A DNA stretch of 25,906 bases from the IMG/VR virus record IMGVR_UViG_3300012041_000059, positions 1 through 25,906 of that record; one strand, written 5' to 3'. The notes below the pieces were generated by a model. It was not told where the DNA came from and made no database searches. It was given only the letters and a program-made list of their open reading frames with translations. The position numbers and the translations under genes are program-made. The first letter of the stretch is position 1, and the number at the start of each line of letters is the position of its first letter. The DNA is from a virus. Taxonomy: Duplodnaviria; Caudoviricetes. Below, piece by piece: positions 1 through 7,831 of this stretch.

Positions 1-2
1 AC

Positions 3-236
3 GGCAATGCGCCGAAGAAGACCTACCAGCGCACCGACGCGCCGTTCGGCAGCCGCGTGGAGTCGCACGGGTACGGCGTGGGGTGGAGCGGCGTGACCCT
101 CACCAACCTGGTGTACACCGCCACCGGCGCGCAGAACCCCGGCTACCCGGCCGACGCCTACACCGACTACAGCCAGTTCATCGTCAGCGACAACCCGATC
201 AACTTTCCGGGCGGGCACGCCCTGCCGGGGCTGTAG
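3..236 (+). CDS. 3' end of a CDS truncated by the window (possible carbohydrate-binding/virion accessory protein)
   Basis: Frame 3 is open from the window start (GNAPKKTYQRTDAPFG...YSQFIVSDNPINFPGGHALPGL*) with GC3-rich codons. The TAG at 234-236 abuts the ATG at 237. Confidence 0.7.
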   Translation, partial: GNAPKKTYQRTDAPFGSRVESHGYGVGWSGVTLTNLVYTATGAQNPGYPADAYTDYSQFIVSDNPINFPGGHALPGL

Positions 237-1358
237 ATGAGCCGCGTATCGAATGCGCACACGGTGCGCATCGTCGCGCCGCCTGCGAGTGCGCTGGCTG
301 CGCTCGCGGCGTCGATGTCTGCCGGCACTTGGGCGCAGTTGACGATCCCTGGCCAGAACTCAGTGCTTGGCGACACGGTTGTCGGCGGTGGCGGGAGCAA
401 CACGCAGTACTCGGACTCGATGCACTACATCCCGCAGTCCGACAGCGTGCAGTACGTTGGCCTGGACCACGCCGGTCCCGAGGCACTCGGCATGCACGTC
501 ATCGAGTACCTGCCTGCAACGAATCAATGGGTGTTCAAGGCGAACGGCTACCAGGTCGTTCCCGGCGCCGGCTCCGGGCACGGCTTCGACCACGCTGCGG
601 TGAATCCGTACACGGGTGACGCCTACCAGGTGCTCTACGGCCCCCCCATCGTGCCGTTCAGGCTCAGTGTCAGGCGACGTCCATTCGGATCGAACACGTT
701 CACCCAGACACTGCCGCAGACTTCGATGGAGCAGGCCATCAACATCACCTTCGGGGTGTGCTGGTGGTCCGGCAGCTTCACCGGCGGCAGCGGCGCCGGC
801 GCGCAAGGGTGTCTGCTGGTCTACAACGTCGGCGGCTCCGTCGGCAACGCGCTCGACGGCGACCTGAGCGCCTACGACCCGTTGAGCAACACCTGGTTCT
901 ATGGCCTGCACGGGGCCACGCCGTTCTGGCGTACCAACGGCACTGGCAACTACCACAACCTCGCGGAGTACAGCGCAGCCTTCAACTGCGCGGTCATCGG
1001 CGGCGGCAACAGTGGCCCCGACAAGATTTGGCGCGTCAACTCGAACGGGACCACGACCCAACTGACGAATCCGCCGCGTTCGATTGGCATTCAGCGCGGC
1101 AATCTCACTACCGACCCGGTGACCGGCAAGTTCCTGCTGTTCGCGCAGAACGAGCTTTGGGAGCTCGACCCGACCGGAGTCGGGACGTGGACCCAGCAGA
1201 CCGGCTTGAGGGCACCACCGGCGGGGCTGCCTTGCAACGGTATCGGGACCAACGACGGGACGATCGCCGTTGCTATGCCTGCTCCCTACAACGTGGTCTT
1301 TTTCGCCAACCAGTTGACCTCGACCACCGGCAGCGCGTGGCTCTACAAGCATGCCTAA
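237..1358 (+). CDS. Beta-propeller (Kelch-like) accessory virion / carbohydrate-binding protein, 373 aa
   Basis: Recurrent blade-like motifs (YLPATNQW, YDPLSNTW, IGGGNSG, LDPTGVGTW); G/S/T/N-rich. Fold inferred. Confidence 0.6.
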   Translation: MSRVSNAHTVRIVAPPASALAALAASMSAGTWAQLTIPGQNSVLGDTVVGGGGSNTQYSDSMHYIPQSDSVQYVGLDHAGPEALGMHVIEYLPATNQWVFKANGYQVVPGAGSGHGFDHAAVNPYTGDAYQVLYGPPIVPFRLSVRRRPFGSNTFTQTLPQTSMEQAINITFGVCWWSGSFTGGSGAGAQGCLLVYNVGGSVGNALDGDLSAYDPLSNTWFYGLHGATPFWRTNGTGNYHNLAEYSAAFNCAVIGGGNSGPDKIWRVNSNGTTTQLTNPPRSIGIQRGNLTTDPVTGKFLLFAQNELWELDPTGVGTWTQQTGLRAPPAGLPCNGIGTNDGTIAVAMPAPYNVVFFANQLTSTTGSAWLYKHA

Positions 1359-1599
1359 CTACCACTCCAAGACTGGTGACTTTCGCTGCGGCGAGTGCGG
1401 AGTTCGCATCACCATGTTTGTCGTACCTGACGATCAATGGGACGCGATCAAGGGCGACAACTACGCGCTGTGCAGGGCGGACGCTGAAGCCAAGTGCGCG
1501 GCGGCTGGCATCACGCCACGCTATCTCGATGGTGAAGAGGCGCAGCAAGTCGCGCGGCGCTGGAAGTTGCCAGAGATCTGGCAACAGGAGCGGCCATGA
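1351..1599 (+). CDS. Small hypothetical protein with CxxC, 82 aa
   Basis: Overlaps both neighbours (translational coupling); CGECG motif. Confidence 0.6.
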   Translation: MPNYHSKTGDFRCGECGVRITMFVVPDDQWDAIKGDNYALCRADAEAKCAAAGITPRYLDGEEAQQVARRWKLPEIWQQERP

Positions 1600-2249
1600 C
1601 CATCGTTGTTGGCACGCCCAACTCTGCCATCTCCGACGCAGGCGCGTCCGGGCAGACCGTTTCAGTCAATGTCGGCTCCGCGACGCACCGTGGCCTGGCC
1701 CTGTTCGTGGTGCACAGCGGCAACGCGGTTGCGTCGCTTACCTATGCGGGGGCTGACGCAACGACCGGCGCGGTGGCTGGGGCCAGCGGCACCACTGCCA
1801 AAGCCTATTTCATCGTGCCATCCGCGACGGGAGCAAACGACGCGGTTCTCACGATGACGGGTGCCACGAACTGCGGCCTGTTCTGCGTCCCGCTATCGGC
1901 CGATGGAGCGATGTCCGCCGACGATGGGGACAGTGTGAACAGCACCGGCAGTCCGCTCTCGCTCACGATCCTGTCAGCCATCGGTCGGCTGGTACTCGAT
2001 GCGTTCTTTCTTTCGCACACGGGCGGCGGGTCAACCACCACAGTCGGCGCGGGTCAAACAGCCCGAGCGGATCACGAGAGCTACAACGGCGCCAATTCAG
2101 CTGGATGCTCCAGCGAAGCGGGCGGCGCGTCTACTGTCATGAGCTGGACCGCGACGAATGCGGGCGGCTACGTGCAGGTGGGATTCAGCGTCGTCGAAGC
2201 GCCTACGGCGACGGGCTCGCGCAAGATTCAACGAATCATGAGAGGCTGA
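1596..2249 (+). CDS. G/S/T/A-rich beta-structured accessory virion protein, 217 aa
   Basis: ATGA overlap with the upstream stop; composition typical of phage fibre/decoration domains; short basic C-terminal tail. Confidence 0.65.
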   Translation: MTIVVGTPNSAISDAGASGQTVSVNVGSATHRGLALFVVHSGNAVASLTYAGADATTGAVAGASGTTAKAYFIVPSATGANDAVLTMTGATNCGLFCVPLSADGAMSADDGDSVNSTGSPLSLTILSAIGRLVLDAFFLSHTGGGSTTTVGAGQTARADHESYNGANSAGCSSEAGGASTVMSWTATNAGGYVQVGFSVVEAPTATGSRKIQRIMRG

Positions 2250-2251
2250 CA

Positions 2252-3364
2252 ATGCTGCTCGACATCGTCGTCAAAGGCTCCACCGATCGCTCGGTCACGG
2301 TGTCGATCATCGACAGCTCCGACGGCACGCCAGAAACCGGCGTCGTGTTCAACACCTCTGGCATCGACCTGTGGTACCGCCGCCAGGGTGCGGCCAAGAC
2401 CAGCATCACCGAGGCCACGCTGTCGGCGCTCACCGACGCGCACAGCGACGGCGGATTCCTGCACATCGGCGATGGCGTCTACCGCCTCGACCTGCCCGAC
2501 GCCGCGTTCGCCACCGGCGCGCAGCACGTCGACATCGGCGGCACCGTGACCGGCATGATCGTGATCGGCGGCCGCGTGCGGCTGATCGACTCGAACATCG
2601 AAACGGCCAACATGCCGGCCGACATGGTTTCGATCAGCGGCGACAGCACCGCAGCCGAAAACCTGGAGGGCGCGTTCGATGACACGGTCGGCTCCGTGCC
2701 GTGGATGGGAATCCTCGACCAGGGCACGGCGCAGGCCGCAACAAGCACGACACTGCAACTACGCGCCGCGGTCAATTTCGCCGACGACACCATCGTCGGC
2801 TGTGTCGTCATGGCCTTCGGCGCCACCCAGGGCTACTGGCAGGTGCGCACGATCACCGACTACGTGTCGAGCACCGACACGGCCACGGTCGACGCGTGGA
2901 CCGTCACACCCACCGGCGCCATCACCTACAAGGTGCTGGCCGCGCCCTCGGTGGTGCCGGCCAACCTCACGCAGTACCTCGGCACGGCGGTGCCGACGGC
3001 CGACACCGCCGGCTACCCCAAGGTCACCCTCAAGACCGGCACCGGCACCGGCGAGCTGTCGGTGAGCTCGGGCCGCGTGGCGCTGCAGGCCAGCCTGCGC
3101 AAGAACACGGCGCTGGCCAATTTCCCGTTCCTGATGACCGACAGCACCAACCACAACCCGATGTCCGGGCTCACGGTCACCGGCACGCGCAGCCTCGACG
3201 GCGCGTCGTTCGGGGGTGGCACCATCACCAACATGACCGAGGTGGGCAACGGGGTGTACCAGTGCGACCTCGGCGCTGGCGACTTGAACGGCGACACGGT
3301 CGCGCTGCGCTTCACGGCCACAGGTGCCGACGATCTGTTGATCACGCTGGTGACCGAACCATAA
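2252..3364 (+). CDS. Accessory virion protein with two related Ig-like/adapter domains, about 370 aa
   Basis: Start reassigned to ATG 2252 (GAGAGG SD, 2 nt after the previous stop). N- and C-terminal domains share motifs (DSSDGTPETGV..IGDGVYRLDL vs DSTNHNPMSGL..VGNGVYQCDL). Confidence 0.75.
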   Translation: MLLDIVVKGSTDRSVTVSIIDSSDGTPETGVVFNTSGIDLWYRRQGAAKTSITEATLSALTDAHSDGGFLHIGDGVYRLDLPDAAFATGAQHVDIGGTVTGMIVIGGRVRLIDSNIETANMPADMVSISGDSTAAENLEGAFDDTVGSVPWMGILDQGTAQAATSTTLQLRAAVNFADDTIVGCVVMAFGATQGYWQVRTITDYVSSTDTATVDAWTVTPTGAITYKVLAAPSVVPANLTQYLGTAVPTADTAGYPKVTLKTGTGTGELSVSSGRVALQASLRKNTALANFPFLMTDSTNHNPMSGLTVTGTRSLDGASFGGGTITNMTEVGNGVYQCDLGAGDLNGDTVALRFTATGADDLLITLVTEP

Positions 3365-3374
3365 GGGGCTCGTC

Positions 3375-4475
3375 GTGGCCAAGTTTCGCGTCGTCGTCGC
3401 GCGCGGCGCTGCGATCGTCTGGCCCAGCGAGGGTGAGGGTCCACCGACCACGGCGAAACCCACCAAGCGTTTCGAGGTACGCACCAACCGCGGCTACCTG
3501 AGGCTGCCGCAGCAAGCGCGGCGTCGCGCCGCCGGCAACCCGATCGGCATCGCGGTCGAGACGGACACCGCGTTCGCCGTGGGCGCCGGCGCGCCGGCCG
3601 GCATCGCGCTCGAGCTCGACACCGCACTCGCGCTCGGCGTGAGTGCGGTGCTGGCCACCGAAACCGACACCGCCATCGCGCTGACGCCGCGCGCGGTCGG
3701 GCAGGTGGGTTTCGCGCTCGAGACCGATACCGCCATCGCCCTCACCGGCGTGCAGCGCCTGCCCGCCGGCATGGCGGTGGAAACCGACAGCGCGCAGGCG
3801 CTGCTGCCAGGGCAGGCCGGCAAGCCGATGCCGGTGCACACCCGCAACCGGCCGGGCCGCGGCCCGTTCAGCACCGGGCGGATGTACATCCGCAATATCC
3901 CGGTGCTGGCCCCGGGCAACATCGTCATCGGGTTCATCGGTCTCGCGCAAGAGTCCGACACCGCGGTGGCGCCCAACGGCGTGCAGCTGCGCGGCACGGG
4001 GCTGGCCAGCGAGCTCGACGCGGCGTTCGCCCTCACCGGCTCCGCGCCCGGCACCGTGGGCGTGGCGAGCGAGCACGACACCGCGCTGCAGCTCGCAGCG
4101 GTGCAGGTGCTGGCCACCGGGCAGGCCGACGAGGCCGACGAGGCCCTCACGCTGGCCAGCGCGCGGCCGGTGGATGTGGCGGTCGAGGTCGACACCGCCT
4201 TCGCGCTGTACACGGCCGTCGGCCTGGCCGAAGAGCACGACAGCGCCTTCGCGCTCGACGCGTTCGTCGTCGACGCGGTGGGCCTGGCGCTGGAGCTCGA
4301 CACCGCGCTGCAGCTGTTCCCGTCGCAGGGCTCGGCGCCGGCCGGCATGGCCGAAGAGATCGACGAGGCGCTGGCGCTCGATTGCGTGATGTACGCGGCG
4401 CGCGCGCGGCGCAGCGGCAAGCGCGGCGCCGGTGTGGGGCGCTCGCCGAACGTGAGCAGATTGAAGAGGGGCTAG
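3375..4475 (+). CDS. Repeat-rich putative fibre/virion protein, 366 aa
   Basis: GTG start after an AAGGGG SD; 13 copies of G-x-A-x-E-x-D-x-A-x-x-L; Arg-rich termini. Confidence 0.75.
   Translation: MAKFRVVVARGAAIVWPSEGEGPPTTAKPTKRFEVRTNRGYLRLPQQARRRAAGNPIGIAVETDTAFAVGAGAPAGIALELDTALALGVSAVLATETDTAIALTPRAVGQVGFALETDTAIALTGVQRLPAGMAVETDSAQALLPGQAGKPMPVHTRNRPGRGPFSTGRMYIRNIPVLAPGNIVIGFIGLAQESDTAVAPNGVQLRGTGLASELDAAFALTGSAPGTVGVASEHDTALQLAAVQVLATGQADEADEALTLASARPVDVAVEVDTAFALYTAVGLAEEHDSAFALDAFVVDAVGLALELDTALQLFPSQGSAPAGMAEEIDEALALDCVMYAARARRSGKRGAGVGRSPNVSRLKRG
3546..4379 (+). repeat. Degenerate coding repeat array (13 x GxAxExDxAxxL)
   Basis: Examples: GIAVETDTAFAV, GIALELDTALAL, GFALETDTAIAL, GLASELDAAFAL, GLALELDTALQL, GMAEEIDEALAL. 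The array is interrupted once by a Pro/Arg-rich segment. Confidence 0.85.
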
Positions 4476-4478
4476 GGC

Positions 4479-5099
4479 ATGGGCATCCGCATCGTCACCG
4501 CGCCGGCCCTGGAGCCCATCACGCTGGCCCAGGCCAAGGCGCAGTGCGAGATCGACTCGAGCGTCACCCGCTTCGACGACCTGCTCGCACTGCACATCGC
4601 CGCCGCGCGCGACGCCGCCGAGCAGCGCATGGGCGCGGTGATCATGCAGCGCACCGTCGACCACACGCTCGACCGCTTCCCGCGGGCCGACGAGGCCGAC
4701 GTGCAGATCGGCATGGTGCCGGCGTGGAATGAGCGCGTGCCCGTGGCCGCGCCGGTGACGGTGTCGAGCATCCAGTACGTCGACACCGATGGCACGCTGC
4801 AGGCGCTCGACTCCAGCGCCTACACGCTCGACGACAGCAACTGGCCGTTGTGGATTCTGCCGGCGTTCGACACCGACTGGCCCGACACCCGCGAGCAGGC
4901 CAACGCGGTGACCATCCGGCTGCAGGTGGGCTACGTCAGCGAGGCGCAGGTGCCGGGCGGCGTGCGCAGCTGGCTGCTGCTGGCCACGGCGTACCTGTTC
5001 GCGCAGCGCGAGATGTTCGACCTCACCGGCAAGGTGGGCCAGATCCCGGGCGGCTTTGCGCAATCGCTGCTCGACCCGTACTGGGTGCCGTCAGCATGA
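4479..5099 (+). CDS. Head-tail connector (adaptor) protein, phiE125 gp8 / HK97 gp6-like
   Basis: Motifs EPITLAQAKAQC, IAAARDAAEQ, VTVSSIQYVD, WP..REQANAVTIR..VGY, LLDPY. Confidence 0.9.
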   Translation: MGIRIVTAPALEPITLAQAKAQCEIDSSVTRFDDLLALHIAAARDAAEQRMGAVIMQRTVDHTLDRFPRADEADVQIGMVPAWNERVPVAAPVTVSSIQYVDTDGTLQALDSSAYTLDDSNWPLWILPAFDTDWPDTREQANAVTIRLQVGYVSEAQVPGGVRSWLLLATAYLFAQREMFDLTGKVGQIPGGFAQSLLDPYWVPSA

Positions 5100-5112
5100 G
5101 GCGCCTTCCGCC

Positions 5113-5463
5113 ATGAGAACCGCCGGCCGCATCGCCGCCGGCGACCTGCGCGACACCATCACGCTGCAAACGCGCGCCACCGGCAAAGATCTGCTCGGCC
5201 GCCCCAACGGCGCGTGGGCCGATGCCATGGAGGTGGCGGCCAAGGCTGAGCCGATCCGCGGTCGCGAATTCTTCGCCGCCGGGCAGATGCAGGCCGAGAC
5301 GGTGGTGCGCTTCGTGGTTCGCTACCACGCCGACATCGTGGAGACCATGCGCGTGGTCTGGCGCGGCCAGCCCTACGAGCTCACCGCCCCGCCCATCGAC
5401 ACCGATGGCGCGCGCGAGGTGCTCGAGCTCATGTGCACGAAAGGCATCCGCGATGGCCGCTGA
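5113..5463 (+). CDS. Head closure / head-tail adaptor (SPP1 gp16-like), 116 aa
   Basis: AGDLRDTITLQ...GREFFAAGQMQAE...RYHADI..MRVVWRG..YEL. Start reassigned to ATG 5113. Confidence 0.9.
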   Translation: MRTAGRIAAGDLRDTITLQTRATGKDLLGRPNGAWADAMEVAAKAEPIRGREFFAAGQMQAETVVRFVVRYHADIVETMRVVWRGQPYELTAPPIDTDGAREVLELMCTKGIRDGR

Positions 5464-5929
5464 CGTTTTCACAGCCAAGGTCAACGGCGTCGAGATCGCG
5501 ATAGCCGAGCTGCGGGCGCTGGCGCCCAAGCTGCGCAAGCGCGCCATCATGAACGCGCTGCGCGCCGGCGCGCGCGAGGTGCGCGGCGCCATGCGCGGCG
5601 CCACGCCGGCGCTGGCGGTGCCGGTGCGGCGCCGCGGCCGCATCATCCGCACCCCGGGCACCGTGCGCCGCGCCATCAGCGTGCGCACCAGCCGCCTGAG
5701 CGCGCGCGCCGGCAACCTGGGCGTGTTCATCAACGTCAAGCCGGCCAAGGGCAGCAACCGCGGCATCGCCACCGACCCGTTCTACTGGCGGTTCCTCAAA
5801 GAGTTCGCCGGCGCCGGCGGCGCTGCGCTGCGCGCCGGTGCCGGGGCGCTGGTCAAGGCCAAGACCGTGATCGAAGAGAAGCTCGGCCGCGAGATCGTGC
5901 GGCTGGGGCAGAAAGGCTCGCAGCCGTGA
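5453..5929 (+). CDS. HK97 gp10 family tail-completion protein, 158 aa
   Basis: ALRAGAREV, TPGTVRRAISVR, DPFYWRFL; position after the head closure gene. Start at ATG 5453. Confidence 0.8.
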   Translation: MAADVFTAKVNGVEIAIAELRALAPKLRKRAIMNALRAGAREVRGAMRGATPALAVPVRRRGRIIRTPGTVRRAISVRTSRLSARAGNLGVFINVKPAKGSNRGIATDPFYWRFLKEFAGAGGAALRAGAGALVKAKTVIEEKLGREIVRLGQKGSQP

Positions 5930-6129
5930 TCATTAACGAGGTCGATGCCGTGCGCCTGAGGCTGCGGCCTGGCGAGAGTCTGGTGGTGCGTGTGCCCAAC
6001 TACGTGATCACCAGAGAGCAGGCAGATTGTCTGCGCGATCACGTGGCGCACGTTTGCGACATTGACCCGGCGCGCATCCTCGTGCTCGACAAGGACGTGG
6101 AGCTCAGCGTGCTGGAGCCTGGTGCGTGA
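5926..6129 (+). CDS. Small hypothetical protein, 67 aa
   Basis: GTGA overlaps at both ends; fills the gap exactly. Confidence 0.7.
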   Translation: MIINEVDAVRLRLRPGESLVVRVPNYVITREQADCLRDHVAHVCDIDPARILVLDKDVELSVLEPGA

Positions 6130-6482
6130 GCGCAGCCCACGACCTGCAGGCCCTGCTGCTGGCCGACACGGCGCTCACCGCGGTGGTGGGCGAGCGCATC
6201 GCCATCGACCAGGTGGAGCAGGGCGTCGAGCGGCCCTACATCGTGTTCAGCACGCAGGGCGTCGACAAGCAGCTCGGCCTGGACGGCACGCTGCTGGGGC
6301 GCATCACCACCATCGACATCCAGTGCTGCGGCGCCGACCGCGACGACGCCATCACCGTGGCCGACCTGGTGGAGGTCGCGCTCGCCGCGGCCTCGCAAGA
6401 CAGCGACCGCGGCACCACCGGCTACGACGCCGACAACGGGCTCGAGGTGGAGGTGGTCACCGTGGACTGGATAGAAACCTGA
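6126..6482 (+). CDS. Tail terminator protein (DUF3168-like), 118 aa
   Basis: LLLADTALTAVVGERI...PYIVF...IDIQC; acidic; immediately upstream of the tail tube gene. Confidence 0.85.
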   Translation: MSAAHDLQALLLADTALTAVVGERIAIDQVEQGVERPYIVFSTQGVDKQLGLDGTLLGRITTIDIQCCGADRDDAITVADLVEVALAAASQDSDRGTTGYDADNGLEVEVVTVDWIET

Positions 6483-6530
6483 CCAGCACCGGCTGCGGCC
6501 GGCTATTTTTCCCTACCAAGGAGTTCCCTC

Positions 6531-7181
6531 ATGACGACCGCCGTCGGCCGCAGCGTGCGGCTCGAGATCGCTGCCACCTTCGCCAGCAACAAGACCGTCA
6601 CCGCCATTTCGCTGGCCAACCCCGGCGTGGCCACCAGCACAAGCCACGGCATGATCAACGGCACCGTGGGTTTCTGGACGGGCACCGGCGGCGGCATGCC
6701 GCAGCTCGAGGGCCAGGCCACGCGCGTGTACAACCAGAGCACCAACGCATTCGACCTGCAGGGCCTGGACACCACCGACTACAGCGCCTGGGTCACGGGC
6801 GGCACGTTCACCCCGGTCGCCACCTGGATCACCATCAGCGAGGCCATCGGCCTCACGCTCGGCGGCGGCGCTCAAGAGCGGCTTGACGACACCAAGCTGC
6901 ACGACGTGGTGCAGCAAGACGTGTTCGGCGTGCTGCCGGCCGACACCGCGCAGGTGGACCTGCTGCGCCAGACTGTCGACGGCACCGCCATGGCGGCCAT
7001 CGCCAGCGCGTCGATCCGCAGCACCAACCTGGTGTGGCGCGCCACGCTGCACGACGGCAGCGTGTGCGTGTGGCGCGGCAGCCCCTCGCGCCCGGGTCTG
7101 AGCCTGCAGCGCAAGCAGTTGGCGACGGGTGGATTCCAGATCGCGGTCAAGGGCTTGGCGCTGGCCTGCCTGCCCGCGTGA
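6531..7181 (+). CDS. Major tail tube protein, 216 aa
   Basis: Strong SD (AAGGAG); position; ITAIS.ANPGVAT..HG-type inserted domain typical of betaproteobacterial siphophage tube proteins. Confidence 0.85.
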   Translation: MTTAVGRSVRLEIAATFASNKTVTAISLANPGVATSTSHGMINGTVGFWTGTGGGMPQLEGQATRVYNQSTNAFDLQGLDTTDYSAWVTGGTFTPVATWITISEAIGLTLGGGAQERLDDTKLHDVVQQDVFGVLPADTAQVDLLRQTVDGTAMAAIASASIRSTNLVWRATLHDGSVCVWRGSPSRPGLSLQRKQLATGGFQIAVKGLALACLPA

Positions 7182-7543
7182 GCGCCGACGCGTTCGCCGC
7201 GCAGGTGCGCGCCGCGCGCCTGCGCCACTACGAGCCCGAGGAGGGCGTGCGCCTCAGCTACGAGCTGCCGAGCACGTTTCGCATCGGGCGGCTGCTCGAT
7301 GCCATGCGCGCCGGCGACGGCGACGCCATCATCGAGCTCATGGTGCCGCAGTTCAGCGCCTGGAGCGGCGTCACGCGCACCATGCTCACGGGCGACGGCT
7401 CGAGCGACGCCGCGCCGCTGGGCCCCGACGCCGCGCGCGCGCTGCTGGCCGACCGCGCCACCTGGGTGATCGGCCTGGCGCAGCACGCGGTGAGCGAGAG
7501 CAACGAGGCGTACAAGCGCACGCAGGCCACAGCGGGAAACTGA
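7178..7543 (+). CDS. Tail assembly chaperone (lambda gpG analogue), 121 aa
   Basis: GTGA overlap with the tube gene; ends GCG GGA AAC TGA at a slippery site; lies between tube and TMP. Confidence 0.85.
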   Translation: MSADAFAAQVRAARLRHYEPEEGVRLSYELPSTFRIGRLLDAMRAGDGDAIIELMVPQFSAWSGVTRTMLTGDGSSDAAPLGPDAARALLADRATWVIGLAQHAVSESNEAYKRTQATAGN

Positions 7544-7821
7544 CAGCCCAGCTCGACGCCGCGGCAGGCGTCGAGTTTCTGGGCGAAACCCCGCCGCAGC
7601 GCACCGAGGCCGAGGACCAGGCCATCCGGTGCTGGAATTTCATCGCCAACGGCGCCGGCGGCTGCGACTGGCAGCACCTGCCGCTGGCCATGGCGCACGT
7701 GGGCGTGAGCCAGGCCGACGTGCCCGAGCTCATCGAGCGCCTGCTCGTGATCAAGAACCACCGCAAGCCTGAATCTGCCACGCCGCCACCCGGCGGGGAC
7801 GACGCCACCCTGAGCGAGTGA
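7178..7821 (+). CDS. Frameshifted tail chaperone (gpGT analogue) made by -1 frameshift at 7534-7540
   Basis: The -1 frame stays open to TGA 7821 (KLTAQLD...DWQHLPLAMAHVGV...LIERLLVIK) and has no independent SD/start. Confidence 0.8.
7534..7584 (+). promoter_or_regulatory. Programmed -1 ribosomal frameshift signal: G GGA AAC plus downstream stem-loop
   Basis: In-frame X XXY YYZ heptamer, 5-nt spacer, then hairpin GCCCAG-CTCGACGCC / GGCGTCGAG-(TTT)-CTGGGC at 7546-7584. Confidence 0.88.
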
Positions 7822-7831
7822 GAGCATCTAT

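Noticed and set aside
3546-4379. CRISPR-like or non-coding repeat array
   Set aside because: The repeats are degenerate at DNA level and conserved at protein level, so they are coding repeats. No CRISPR array was seen anywhere in the window.
6489-6510. Hairpin CCGGC-TGCG-GCCGG plus T-run before the tail tube gene as a terminator
   Set aside because: Only a 5-bp stem with an interrupted U-tract inside an operon; too weak to call, and may be an mRNA stabiliser.
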